The notes under the pieces are model-generated. The model had not been told where the DNA came from. It ran no database searches and saw only the letters and a program-made list of their open reading frames with translations. DNA of 32,000 nt, taken from positions 97,725 through 129,724 of the forward strand of contig JADFDU010000033.1 in NCBI GenBank assembly GCA_018262775.1, given 5' to 3'. This DNA is from Rhodocyclaceae bacterium. GTDB lineage: Bacteria; Pseudomonadota; Gammaproteobacteria; Burkholderiales; Rhodocyclaceae. The translations under genes were made by a program, and so were the position numbers. Positions 1 through 8,872 of this stretch are shown piece after piece (positions within the stretch are counted from its first letter, which is position 1; every line of letters begins with the position of its first letter).

Positions 1-770
1 TGCCGGTGTCCGAACTGGTCGAGGTGCGCCAGGCGCTGCGCGAGAAGGCCATCTACCACAAGGATCTGCTGCCGGTGGTGTACGTCACCGGCGACATGGG
101 CGGCAAGCTCGACTCGCCGCTCTACGGCATGTTCGACATCCGTGCCAAGGTGAACGGCATGGCTTTGGCGCAGGGGGGCACGCTGGGCGAGTACTTCATC
201 AGGCAGCCGAAGGACCCCTACGCCGGCTATTCCCTCAAATGGGACGGCGAGTGGCAGGTGACCTACGAGACCTTCCGCGACATGGGCCTGGCCTACGCCG
301 TCGGCCTGATCCTCATCTACCTGCTGGTAGTGGCGCAGTTCAAGAGCTACCTCGTGCCGCTCATCATCATGGCGCCGATCCCGCTCACCATCATTGGCGT
401 CATGCCCGGCCACGCGCTGCTCGGCAGCCAATACACCGCCACCTCGATGATCGGCATGATCGCCCTCGCCGGCATCATCGTGCGCAATTCCATCCTGCTG
501 GTCGACTTCATCAACGAGCAGGTCGCCGGCGGCATGGACTTCGCCGAGGCCGTGATCCAGGCCGGCATCATCCGCGCCAAGCCCATCACCCTGACGGGCC
601 TCGCCGCCATGATCGGTGCCATCTTCATCCTCGACGACCCGATCTTCAACGGCCTCGCCATCAGCCTCATCTTCGGCATCTTCGTGTCGACGCTGCTGAC
701 CCTCGTGGTGATCCCGGTGCTGTATTACGTCGCGATGAAGAACCGCCTGTCGCCGTCCCGCGCAGACTGA
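1..770 (+). CDS. RND-family efflux transporter permease, C-terminal fragment (5' end outside window)
   Basis: The frame is open from the window edge to TGA at 768-770. The translation is a TM-rich C-terminus with RND-typical blocks (GMIALAGIIVRNSILLVDF; ISLIFGIFVSTLLTLVVIPVLYY). Confidence 0.8.
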   Translation, partial: PVSELVEVRQALREKAIYHKDLLPVVYVTGDMGGKLDSPLYGMFDIRAKVNGMALAQGGTLGEYFIRQPKDPYAGYSLKWDGEWQVTYETFRDMGLAYAVGLILIYLLVVAQFKSYLVPLIIMAPIPLTIIGVMPGHALLGSQYTATSMIGMIALAGIIVRNSILLVDFINEQVAGGMDFAEAVIQAGIIRAKPITLTGLAAMIGAIFILDDPIFNGLAISLIFGIFVSTLLTLVVIPVLYYVAMKNRLSPSRAD

Positions 771-815
771 CTTTCGTCAGGCAATCGGGTACCCTTCCGC
801 GCGGGGGAGGTTGCC

Positions 816-3209
816 GTGTTCCATCGCTTGTTCAATCCGTTGATCTTCAGGCGCGCCGTGGTGCTGGCGGCGCTGCTGCTGTCCGGAATCGCCGCGGCGG
901 CGCTGACGCCGTGGTCGGAAGCCGGTTTCCTGCTGTCGAATGAAGGGCAGCCGCCCGACGCGGCTGCGCCCTGGGCGCCGCAGGCGCTGCCGGACGAGTG
1001 GCAGCGTACCCGTCCGCAGTTCACCGGCATGGCCTGGTACCGCTTCCGTGCGCAGATGCCGGTTGTGCCGGACGACGTGCAGGCGCTGTACGTGCCGCGC
1101 GGCGGCGACCGCCTGGCGGTCTTCGTCAATGGCCGGCTGATCGGCGGTACGGCGGGCACGGGCGGCGAGCCGATGAACACCTGGAAGCGCCCGCTGCTGT
1201 TTACCATTCCCCCTGCTGTCCTCGTGTCGGGGGAGAACCTCATCCACATCCGCCTCGAAGGCGTGGCCGGGCACTATAGCGGGTTGTCCGAGGTGGCATT
1301 CGGCCCGCAGGCTGCACTGCGCACGGCGTACTGGCAGCGTTTCTCGCTGCAGAGCATCGGCCCGGTCGGCCTCGCCGCGGCGCTGGGGCTGCTCGGCATC
1401 TTCTTCCTCATCCTCTGGTCGCGCCGCCGCGACGACACCTCCTACGCCCTGTTCGGTGCTGCCTCCATTGTCTGGGGTGTGCGCAACGTCGCCGATGCGC
1501 TGTTCCACCTGGCGATTCCGCAGCCGCACTGGGAAATCGTCATGACGACGCTGTACTTCCTTTTCGTCGGCCTGCTGTGTCTGTTCTGCCTGTGCTTCGT
1601 CGGCGCGCATCTGCCGCGCTATGAGCGCCTGTTGCGCGGCGCCATGCTGGCCTCGCCCGTCCTCATGTATGTGCTGCTGCCGTGGCTGCCGGTGCTGGAT
1701 TCGTCGAGGGTCGTCCTGCTCGGCATGCTCGGCTTCGTCGCACCGCCGCTTTTCGTAGTCGCGCGCAAGGCGCTGCAGGAACGTAGCCTGGGCGCCGTGT
1801 TGATTGCGCTGGCCGGCGGCGTCGCCTTCGCCTTCGGCGCCTACGACTGGATCGCCGTCGGTCGCCACGGCATGTTCGACAGCGTGCGCCTGGTGCCGTA
1901 TGCGGCGCTGTTCTTCACCACCGCTGTCGGCTGGATGCTGGCGCACCGTTTCCTGCAGGCGTACCAACGGCTGGAACAGATGAACGAGGTGCTCGACGAG
2001 CGCGTTGCGGAGAAGAGCGCGGCGCTGCTGCACAACATGGAAAAACTGGCTCAGGCGAAAGCCGCGGCAGAGGCCGCCAATGCCGCCAAGTCGCGCTTCC
2101 TCGCCGCCGCCAGCCACGATCTGCGCCAACCGCTGCACGCCCTCGGACTGTTCGCAGCGGAACTGACGGCCCGTGAGCGCGCCCCCGACAAGCAGGCGCT
2201 GGTGGCGCGAATCGGCCAGTCGGTGCGCGCACTCGAAACGATGTTCGGCGAGTTGCTCGACATGTCGCAACTGGATGCCGGCAAGGTCAAGGTGACGTTG
2301 AGTCACTTTCCGCTGCAGCAGATGTTTGAGCGCATCGCAACCGATTTTTTGCCGCTGGCGCATGAGAAGGGGCTGCAGTTGCGCTTCCGTCCGACGCGGC
2401 AGTGGTGCGAGAGCGATCCACTGCACCTCGAGCGCATCCTGCGCAACCTCGTCTCCAACGCCATCCGCTACACCACGCGCGGTGGCGTGCTCGTCGCCTG
2501 CCGTGTGCGCGGCAAGCGGCTGTGGCTGGAGGTGCGCGATACCGGCGTCGGCCTCGCCGAAGGCGACCGCGAGCGGATCTTCGAGGAATATTTGCAGATC
2601 GACAATCCGGGACGCGACCGCGACAAGGGGCTGGGTCTTGGCCTCTCCATCGTGCAGCGGCTCGCTGATCTGCTCGGCGAGCGGCTGGTCGTCAAGTCGA
2701 CGCCGGGGCGCGGCTCGCTGTTCGCGGTGCGCACGCGGCCGGCGCCCGCGGCGGCGGGCGAAGCCCCGGCGGAATGCCCGGCTGCGGCTTTCATCGGAGG
2801 GCGCCTTCTGATCGCGCTGGTCGAAGACGACCCCCTGGTTCGTGTCGCCATGGAGGGCTTGCTCACGAGAAATGGGTTCGTCGTGGCGCCCGGCGCCAGC
2901 TATGCTGAAATGCGCGAAACCCTGACCCGGCTGGGCCGCAGGCCGGATCTGGTCATTGCCGATTACCGTCTGTGTGGCGGAGAGACTGGCGTGATGGTGG
3001 CGCGCCGGCTGCGGCAGGACTACGGCAGCGGCCTGCCTGTGTTGCTGCTCACTGGCGAGAGTGCGGCGGAAGGAATGATCGACGCCGCAGGGGAAGAATT
3101 TCCCGTCCTGCGCAAACCTGTGAGGCCCGAACGCCTTTTCGCCGAGATGGCGAAGTTGCTGCCGCCGTCCGGTGGCCAGCCTTCGCATTCCTTGCGCATC
3201 GTTATGTAA
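816..3209 (+). CDS. Hybrid sensor histidine kinase/response regulator with 7TMR-DISM-like N-terminal sensor
   Basis: GTG at 816 is preceded by GGGGAGG (804-810). A periplasmic N-terminal domain is followed by about 7 hydrophobic helices. H-box SRFLAAASHDLRQPLHAL, N-box LRNLVSNAIRYT, G-boxes DTGVGL and GLGLGLSIV. The C-terminal receiver reads LIALVEDD...DLVIADYRL...LRKP. Confidence 0.85.
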   Translation: MFHRLFNPLIFRRAVVLAALLLSGIAAAALTPWSEAGFLLSNEGQPPDAAAPWAPQALPDEWQRTRPQFTGMAWYRFRAQMPVVPDDVQALYVPRGGDRLAVFVNGRLIGGTAGTGGEPMNTWKRPLLFTIPPAVLVSGENLIHIRLEGVAGHYSGLSEVAFGPQAALRTAYWQRFSLQSIGPVGLAAALGLLGIFFLILWSRRRDDTSYALFGAASIVWGVRNVADALFHLAIPQPHWEIVMTTLYFLFVGLLCLFCLCFVGAHLPRYERLLRGAMLASPVLMYVLLPWLPVLDSSRVVLLGMLGFVAPPLFVVARKALQERSLGAVLIALAGGVAFAFGAYDWIAVGRHGMFDSVRLVPYAALFFTTAVGWMLAHRFLQAYQRLEQMNEVLDERVAEKSAALLHNMEKLAQAKAAAEAANAAKSRFLAAASHDLRQPLHALGLFAAELTARERAPDKQALVARIGQSVRALETMFGELLDMSQLDAGKVKVTLSHFPLQQMFERIATDFLPLAHEKGLQLRFRPTRQWCESDPLHLERILRNLVSNAIRYTTRGGVLVACRVRGKRLWLEVRDTGVGLAEGDRERIFEEYLQIDNPGRDRDKGLGLGLSIVQRLADLLGERLVVKSTPGRGSLFAVRTRPAPAAAGEAPAECPAAAFIGGRLLIALVEDDPLVRVAMEGLLTRNGFVVAPGASYAEMRETLTRLGRRPDLVIADYRLCGGETGVMVARRLRQDYGSGLPVLLLTGESAAEGMIDAAGEEFPVLRKPVRPERLFAEMAKLLPPSGGQPSHSLRIVM

Positions 3210-3237
3210 CCGAAGTCACACAGCGTCTGGCGCAAGC

Positions 3238-3285
3238 TTGACGGCCTGCTCTTGAGATAGTATATTAGCAACAACTAATATTACT
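3238..3285 (+). promoter_or_regulatory. Candidate sigma70 promoter plus overlapping inverted-repeat operator upstream of the DUF2892 gene
   Basis: TTGACG (3238-3243), a 17-nt spacer, then TATATT (3261-3266), inside a sharply AT-rich island. The imperfect inverted repeat AGTATATTAG-N6-CTAATATTACT (3259-3285) overlaps the -10. Confidence 0.45.
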
Positions 3286-3300
3286 TGAGTGAGCTATCCA

Positions 3301-3531
3301 ATGACCGTCAACCAGTACATCCGTATCTTCGCCGGCGCCTTCATTCTCATTTCGCTGGCGCTGTCCCATGTCAACGGCCAGGCCGACCTGTCGCAGACGA
3401 CGTGGCTGTGGTTCACGGCTTTCGTCGGTGGGAACCTTTTCCAGAGTGGCTTCTCCAGGTTCTGCCCGCTGGAAACCATCCTCATCAAGCTGGGCGTGGC
3501 GAAGCCCTCGGTGGGCGGCAGCTGCGCCTGA
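3301..3531 (+). CDS. Small inner-membrane protein, DUF2892 (YgaP-like) family
   Basis: ATG at 3301 (GTG at 3289 is an alternative) to TGA at 3531. Two hydrophobic helices. YIRIFAGAFILISLAL...GGNLFQSGFSRFCPLE resembles the DUF2892 membrane domain. Confidence 0.65.
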   Translation: MTVNQYIRIFAGAFILISLALSHVNGQADLSQTTWLWFTAFVGGNLFQSGFSRFCPLETILIKLGVAKPSVGGSCA

Positions 3532-3586
3532 TAGACGCAACAGCCGCAACGATCCTCCTCCTCGCCGCGCAAAGCGGCAGGATTGC

Positions 3587-3619
3587 ACGGGAACTCCGCA
3601 AGGGGTTCCCGTTTTTTTT
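3587..3619 (+). terminator. Rho-independent terminator
   Basis: An 11-bp stem ACGGGAACTCC/GGGGTTCCCGT closed by the GNRA loop GCAA, followed by a run of T (3613-3619), 56 nt after the DUF2892 stop. Confidence 0.8.
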
Positions 3620-3642
3620 GCCTGCTAAAATCCGCCCTTCAA

Positions 3643-4218
3643 ATGGAAGCTTTTCTGATCTCCACGGGCATCGTGGCGCTGGCTGAAATCGGCGACAAGA
3701 CCCAACTGCTCGCCTTCGTCCTCGCTGCCAGGTTTCGCAAACCCGTGCCGATCATCGCCGGGATTCTTTTCGCCACGCTTGCCAATCACGCGCTGGCCGG
3801 GGCGCTTGGTTCCTGGATCACGACCCTTCTGGCTCCGGAAACGCTGCGCTGGATCCTCGGGCTCTCCTTCATCGGCATGGCGATATGGACGCTCATTCCG
3901 GACACGTTCGACGAGGACGAGGCCAAACTGGCCCGGTTCGGCGTGTTCGGCACGACCCTCATTGCCTTTTTCCTTGCCGAAATGGGCGACAAGACACAGG
4001 TCGCCACGGTCGCCCTCGCCGCCCAGTACCAGGCGTTCTATGCTGTGGTCGCCGGCACCACGCTCGGCATGCTGATCGCCAATGTTCCGGCGGTGCTGCT
4101 GGGTGGACGCATCGCCCGGCGGACGCCGGTGCGCCTGGTCCACCTCATCGCCGCCGTCCTCTTTGCGCTCCTCGGCATTGCGACATTGGCCGGGGCCGGC
4201 GAACGGCTCGGCATTTGA
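3643..4218 (+). CDS. UPF0016/GDT1 (TMEM165-like) family cation transporter (Mn2+/Ca2+ type)
   Basis: ATG at 3643, downstream of the terminator; the longer track ORF from 3583 would include the terminator. The diagnostic E-x-G-D-K-T motif occurs twice (EIGDKTQL, EMGDKTQV) in two homologous 3-TM halves. Confidence 0.85.
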   Translation: MEAFLISTGIVALAEIGDKTQLLAFVLAARFRKPVPIIAGILFATLANHALAGALGSWITTLLAPETLRWILGLSFIGMAIWTLIPDTFDEDEAKLARFGVFGTTLIAFFLAEMGDKTQVATVALAAQYQAFYAVVAGTTLGMLIANVPAVLLGGRIARRTPVRLVHLIAAVLFALLGIATLAGAGERLGI

Positions 4219-4250
4219 CCGACGTGCTGCCGCTGGAGATACTTCCATCC

Positions 4251-4940
4251 ATGCAACCGACACCTACAGCGACGCGCCCCGCTATCAAGGCGTTCCTCTT
4301 CGACTTCGAAGGTACGCTCGTCGATTTCCAGTGGCAGCTCGAGGCGGCTCACGCGGAATTGCGCACGACTTTCGCCACGCTCGGTTTCGACGGGGACGAA
4401 TTCATCCACGGCAATTACGCCACCATGTGGAACGCTGCCGCCGACCGGCTGCAACCGCAGGAGCGCATGGACACTCTGCGGCACGCGCTCTGCCCGATCT
4501 ATGACCGCTGGGACGCGGATGCGCTGGTGCGCTGGGCGCCGCGCCCGGGTGCGGCGGCGCTGCTACGTCAGTTCGCGGTCGCGGGCCTGCGCGTGGGCAT
4601 GGTCAGCAACGTCGGGCGACGTGCGCTCGGCGAGGCGCTGCAGCGCTTCGGCCTTGCCGAGTGGCTGCAGCCAGTGATCAGTCGCGATGAAGTGACGACC
4701 ATGAAGCCGCGCGCCGAGGGCATCCTGCGCGTGCTGTCGGAGTGGCAATTAACGGCCGAGGAGGTACTCTTCGTCGGCGACAGCCGCGCCGACGTGCGCG
4801 GTGCGCGCGCGGCCGGCCTGCGCGTGGCCATCATTCGTGGCGGGGAATGCGTCGAGTCAGACTTCGCCGACGATCCGCCCGATTTCATGATTTCGCAACT
4901 GGACGAACTCGTCGGGCTGGCCACCGGCGTCAAGATTTAA
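4251..4940 (+). CDS. HAD-superfamily hydrolase (phosphatase-like)
   Basis: ATG at 4251 (MQPTPTATRPAIKAFLFDFEGTLVD). Motif I is FDFEGT, motif II is MVSN, motif IV is FVGDSRADV. The N-terminal part of track ORF 3885..4940 overlaps the previous gene and is Arg/Pro-rich, so it was discarded. Confidence 0.8.
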   Translation: MQPTPTATRPAIKAFLFDFEGTLVDFQWQLEAAHAELRTTFATLGFDGDEFIHGNYATMWNAAADRLQPQERMDTLRHALCPIYDRWDADALVRWAPRPGAAALLRQFAVAGLRVGMVSNVGRRALGEALQRFGLAEWLQPVISRDEVTTMKPRAEGILRVLSEWQLTAEEVLFVGDSRADVRGARAAGLRVAIIRGGECVESDFADDPPDFMISQLDELVGLATGVKI

Positions 4941-5028
4941 CCCCCTACGTTGTCTTGCAGGGACTGCCTGCAATTCCTGCGTTCTGCTATACTGGTAAGT
5001 AATTGAACACTTACTATACGAATTGAGT

Positions 5029-5649
5029 ATGAACCCATCCACCACATCCACGCGTACCCGCCTGTCGACCGAAACCCGCCAGGCCGAGATCGTCGACACG
5101 GTGCTCAACCTCTCGGACAGCGTGGGGCCGGGCGCCATCACGACGGTCGATATCGCCCGCAACCTGGGGCTGACCCAGGGCGCCGTCTTCAAGCACTTCC
5201 CGACCAAGGACGCCATCTGGCTGGCGGTGATCGGCTGGGTCGAGTCGCACCTGCTCTCTGCCCTCGATGCCGTGGCGGCGGCGGCGCCGACGCCGCTGGC
5301 GGGGCTGCAGGCGGTCTTCATGAAGCATGCCCGCTTCGTCGCCAAGCATCCCGGCGTGCCGCGCCTGATCTTCAACGAGTTGCAGAAGCCGAAGGACACA
5401 CCGGTCAAGCGTCGCGCCCGCGGCATGCAGGAGAGCTACCGCAAGCTGCTCATGCGCCTGCTGACGGAGGCGGAAAAACACGGCGAGGTCGCTGCCGGCC
5501 TTGACCGTGAGGGTGCGGCCACCCTCTTCATCGGCGCATTGCAGGGCCTGATGTTCCAGGCCATGCTTGCCGGCAGCACTGCGAAAATGGAAGCGGAAGC
5601 CAGGCGCGTGTTCGCCCTCTATCTCAACGCCGTTCGGGAGTCGTCATGA
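5029..5649 (+). CDS. TetR/AcrR-family transcriptional regulator
   Basis: ATG at 5029 (TTG at 5023 is an alternative). The N-terminal HTH ITTVDIARNLGLTQGAVFKHFPTKDAIW is typical of TetR. Its stop overlaps the next start (ATGA at 5646-5649). Confidence 0.85.
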   Translation: MNPSTTSTRTRLSTETRQAEIVDTVLNLSDSVGPGAITTVDIARNLGLTQGAVFKHFPTKDAIWLAVIGWVESHLLSALDAVAAAAPTPLAGLQAVFMKHARFVAKHPGVPRLIFNELQKPKDTPVKRRARGMQESYRKLLMRLLTEAEKHGEVAAGLDREGAATLFIGALQGLMFQAMLAGSTAKMEAEARRVFALYLNAVRESS

Positions 5650-6836
5650 AATTCGATGCTGTGTGGCTTCGCCGCGCGGGCTTCGGCCTGCTGGGGATTA
5701 TCCTGCTCGCCGCGTTCGTCTTCGTCGTCGTGCGCACCGGCCCCTTCGCCTCCGTCCGCGTCACCGTCGTGAGCGTGGCGGACGGCAGCGTGGCGCCGGC
5801 GCTGTTCGGCATCGGCACGGTGGAGGCGCGCCGCAGCTATCTCATCGGCCCGACCGCGGCCGGTCGCGTGCTCAAGGTGCATGTCGATGTGGGCGACGCG
5901 GTGAAGGCTGGCCAGCTCCTCGCGGAGATGGACCCGGTGGACCTGGATGAACGTGTGAGCGCGCTCAATGCCTCCATGGCGCGAGCCAGCAGTGCCGTGT
6001 CGGCGGCCGAGGCGCAGCGACAGGACGCGCAGGCACGCCGGCAACTGGCAGCGATCAACGCCAAGCGCTATGTGGAACTCGGCGAGCAGAAATTCGTCAG
6101 CGCCAGCGTCGTCGAGGCAAAGCAGCAGGAACAGACATCGGCGGAGGCCACAGTGACGGCGGCCGCAGCGAATCTGGCGGGCGCGCGGCAGGACATCGCG
6201 CGCCTGCGCGCCGAGCGCGAAGGTTTGCGGCAGCAACGGCAGAACATCCGCCTCGTCGCACCCGCCGACGGTGTCGTCACCGCGCGCGATGCCGAACCCG
6301 GCTCGACGGTCGTCGCCGGCCAGGCGGCGGTCAGGCTCGTCGATCCGGCAAGCCTGTGGGTCAAGGTGCGCTTCGACCAGGGCCGCTCGGCCGGGCTGGC
6401 CGTGGGATTGCCCGCCGAGATTGTGCTGCGCTCGCGGCCGGCAAGCCCGCTGGCCGGCAAGGTCGTGCGGCTGGAACTGCTGAGCGACAGCGTGACGGAA
6501 GAGCGTATCGCCCAGGTGGCCTTCGACAGCGTGCCTGCGGGAATTTCGCTGGGCGAACTGGCCGAGGTGACGCTGCAACTGCCGGCGTCGCAGCCAGGCC
6601 CTGTGCTGCCCAACGCCAGCCTGCGGCAGCGTGGCGAACAGACCGGTGTCTGGGTGCTGCGCGGTGGCGCCCTGCAATTCGTGCCGTTGCGCCTCGGCAG
6701 CGCCAGCCTCGACGGCATGGTGCAGGTACGCGAAGGTCTGCAGGCCGGCGACCGCGTCATCGTGCATAGCGAGAAGGAACTCGCCGCCGACAGCCGCATC
6801 AAGGTCGTCGAATCCATCGTTGGCAAAGGCGCATGA
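5646..6836 (+). CDS. HlyD/membrane-fusion-protein family periplasmic adaptor (MacA-like)
   Basis: An N-terminal TM anchor, a long Ala/Gln/Arg-rich coiled-coil hairpin, then beta-barrel-like C-terminal domains. ATGA overlaps at both ends. Confidence 0.85.
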   Translation: MKFDAVWLRRAGFGLLGIILLAAFVFVVVRTGPFASVRVTVVSVADGSVAPALFGIGTVEARRSYLIGPTAAGRVLKVHVDVGDAVKAGQLLAEMDPVDLDERVSALNASMARASSAVSAAEAQRQDAQARRQLAAINAKRYVELGEQKFVSASVVEAKQQEQTSAEATVTAAAANLAGARQDIARLRAEREGLRQQRQNIRLVAPADGVVTARDAEPGSTVVAGQAAVRLVDPASLWVKVRFDQGRSAGLAVGLPAEIVLRSRPASPLAGKVVRLELLSDSVTEERIAQVAFDSVPAGISLGELAEVTLQLPASQPGPVLPNASLRQRGEQTGVWVLRGGALQFVPLRLGSASLDGMVQVREGLQAGDRVIVHSEKELAADSRIKVVESIVGKGA

Positions 6837-8041
6837 TCAACCTCGCCGGCCGCGACATCCTGCATTCCTGGGGCAAGTTCGTCTTCACCGGCGTCGGCCT
6901 CGGGCTGCTCATCGGCGCCACGCTGACCATGGCCGGCGTGTACCGCGGCATGGTGGACGATGCCAAGGTGCTGCTCAGCAACAGCGGCGCGGACATCTGG
7001 GTGGTGCAGCAGGATACCCTCGGCCCCTATGCCGAGCCGTCGAGCCTGCGCGACGACGTCTATCGCGCCATTCGCGGCATGCCGGGCGTGGCGCGCGCGG
7101 CCAACGTCACCTACCTGACCATGCAGGTGAAGCAGGGTGGAGAGAACGCCAGCGCCAGCGACGTGCGCGTCATGGTCGTCGGCTTCGAGCCCGGCCAGCC
7201 GGGCGAGCCGGGCTATCTGGTGGCGGGGCGACGCATCACCCGCAGCCACTATGAGGCAGTGGCCGACGTGCGCACCGGATTCAAGCTGGGCGAGCGCATC
7301 CGCATCCGCCGCCAGGACTACACGGTGGTCGGCCTGACGCGGCGCATGGTGTCCTCCGGCGGCGACCCGATGGTCTTCATTTCCTTGAAAGACGCGCAGG
7401 AGGCGCAGTTCCTCAAGGACAATGACGCCATCGTCAATGAGCGCGCGCGCACTGCCGCCAACCCCGGCCTCAACCGCCCCGGCGTGCCCGGCCTGCTGGA
7501 AGCCATCCAGGCCTCGCAGACCACCAGCCGCAGCGTGAACGCCGTGCTGGTGCAGGCGCAGGCGGGGCTGAGCCCTGAAGCCGTGGCCGAACCGATCCGC
7601 CGCTGGAAGCACCTGCAGGCCTACACCCGCGCGCAGATGGAAGAGATCCTCGTGGCCAAGCTGATCGCCACTTCGGCGAGGCAGATCGGCATGTTCCTCG
7701 CCATCCTCGCCGTCGTCAGTGCGGCCATCGTCGCCTTCATCATCTACACCATGACGCTCGGCAAGATCCGCGAGATCGCTGTGCTCAAGCTCATCGGCAC
7801 GCGCAGCAGCACCATCGCCGGCATGATCCTGCAGCAGGCGCTCGGCCTCGGTTTCATCGGCTTCGTCGTCGGCAAGATCTCCGCCGCGCTGTGGGCGCCG
7901 TTCTTTCCCAAGTACGTCCTGCTCGAGCCGGGCGATGCGCTCAGGGGGTTCATCGCGGTGATGATCATCTGCACCCTCGCCAGCACGCTGGCGATCCGCG
8001 CCGCGCTGAAGGTCGATCCGGCTACGGCTATCGGGGGCTGA
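6833..8041 (+). CDS. ABC transporter permease, FtsX/MacB-type
   Basis: An N-terminal TM helix, a large periplasmic domain, and three C-terminal TM helices containing the FtsX-like block REIAVLKLIGTRSSTIAGMILQQAL. Confidence 0.85.
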   Translation: MINLAGRDILHSWGKFVFTGVGLGLLIGATLTMAGVYRGMVDDAKVLLSNSGADIWVVQQDTLGPYAEPSSLRDDVYRAIRGMPGVARAANVTYLTMQVKQGGENASASDVRVMVVGFEPGQPGEPGYLVAGRRITRSHYEAVADVRTGFKLGERIRIRRQDYTVVGLTRRMVSSGGDPMVFISLKDAQEAQFLKDNDAIVNERARTAANPGLNRPGVPGLLEAIQASQTTSRSVNAVLVQAQAGLSPEAVAEPIRRWKHLQAYTRAQMEEILVAKLIATSARQIGMFLAILAVVSAAIVAFIIYTMTLGKIREIAVLKLIGTRSSTIAGMILQQALGLGFIGFVVGKISAALWAPFFPKYVLLEPGDALRGFIAVMIICTLASTLAIRAALKVDPATAIGG

Positions 8042-8042
8042 G

Positions 8043-8756
8043 ATGCAGGGTCATGGAATACAAATTGAGAACATGCGCAAGCGCTACGGCGCGGGCGACA
8101 CCGCCGTCGACGCGCTGAAGGACGTCAACATGACTGTCGCCCCCGGCGAGGTTGTCGGCCTCATCGGTCCCTCGGGTTCGGGCAAGACGACGCTGCTCAA
8201 GTGCCTCGGCGCGGTGATCGAACCGACGGCCGGCCGCATGACGCTGGGCGACGAGGTCATCTACGACGACGGCTGGAAGATCGATGACCTCAAGGCGCTG
8301 CGGCGCGACCGCATCGGCTTTGTTTTCCAGGCGCCCTACCTGATCCCCTTCCTCGACGTCACCGATAACGTCGCGCTGCTGCCGATGCTCGCCGGCCGCC
8401 CCAATGCCGAGGCGCGCCGGCGCGCGCTGGCACTGCTCGAGGCGCTCGACGTCGGCCATCGCGCCCGCGCCCAGCCTTCGGAGCTTTCCGGCGGCGAGCA
8501 GCAACGCGTCTCCATCGCCCGCGCGCTCGCCAACCAGCCGCCGGTGATCCTCGCCGACGAGCCGACCGCGCCGCTCGATTCCGAACGGGCGCTCGCCGTC
8601 ATGCGCATCCTCAACCGCATGGCGCGCCAGTACAACACCGCTGTCATCATCGTCACCCACGATGAAAAAATCATCCCCATCTTCAAGCGCATCTACCATA
8701 TCCGCGACGGCGTCACGCACGAAGAGGCCGGCGAGGGACGGGAGATAGGGGACTGA
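8043..8756 (+). CDS. ABC transporter ATP-binding protein (MacB/LolD-type)
   Basis: Walker A GPSGSGKTT, signature LSGGEQQRV, Walker B ILADEPT, H-loop IVTHD. Confidence 0.9.
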   Translation: MQGHGIQIENMRKRYGAGDTAVDALKDVNMTVAPGEVVGLIGPSGSGKTTLLKCLGAVIEPTAGRMTLGDEVIYDDGWKIDDLKALRRDRIGFVFQAPYLIPFLDVTDNVALLPMLAGRPNAEARRRALALLEALDVGHRARAQPSELSGGEQQRVSIARALANQPPVILADEPTAPLDSERALAVMRILNRMARQYNTAVIIVTHDEKIIPIFKRIYHIRDGVTHEEAGEGREIGD

Positions 8757-8872
8757 CTGCGAGCCGCCGTCTTCTGGCGGCTGACTATTCAATTCATAGG
8801 CAGACTTAGCCACGCTTCTAGTCCGCCGCCCTCCAGGCATGTTGCCGCAGGAGAGATCGACATGGGATTAAC

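Noticed and set aside
777-3188. 803-aa ORF on the minus strand covering the whole histidine-kinase gene
   Set aside because: It is an antisense shadow ORF, typical of high-GC DNA. The translation is Arg/Ala/Gln/Pro-rich with no motifs, whereas the plus-strand frame carries complete H, N and G boxes and a receiver domain.
3532-3642. Possible Mn2+ (yybP-ykoY) riboswitch upstream of the UPF0016/GDT1 transporter
   Set aside because: The region is only ~110 nt. I could not find the conserved yybP-ykoY core elements. The hairpin plus T-run is adequately explained as the terminator of the preceding gene. A covariance-model scan (Rfam yybP-ykoY) would settle it.
3885-4250. N-terminal extensions of many track ORFs (3583, 3885, 10795, 13468, 14352, 15308, 15732, 19505, 21721, 24634, 24947 and 26374 on the + strand; 13016, 30952 and 31341 on the - strand)
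   Set aside because: The extensions overlap upstream genes or terminators and are compositionally aberrant. Internal ATGs with an RBS or ATGA coupling give N-termini typical of the families, so those starts were used.
4988-5020. Operator or promoter for the TetR efflux operon (TATACT, inverted repeat GTAAGT-N8-ACTTAC)
   Set aside because: The inverted-repeat arms are only 6 bp and no convincing -35 sits at proper spacing. It is plausible but too weak to call as a feature.
5619-7612. Long minus-strand ORFs (5619..6767 and 6068..7612) opposite the MFP and FtsX genes
   Set aside because: Shadow ORFs with biased Arg/Ala/His composition. The plus-strand genes have clear family features and ATGA-coupled junctions.
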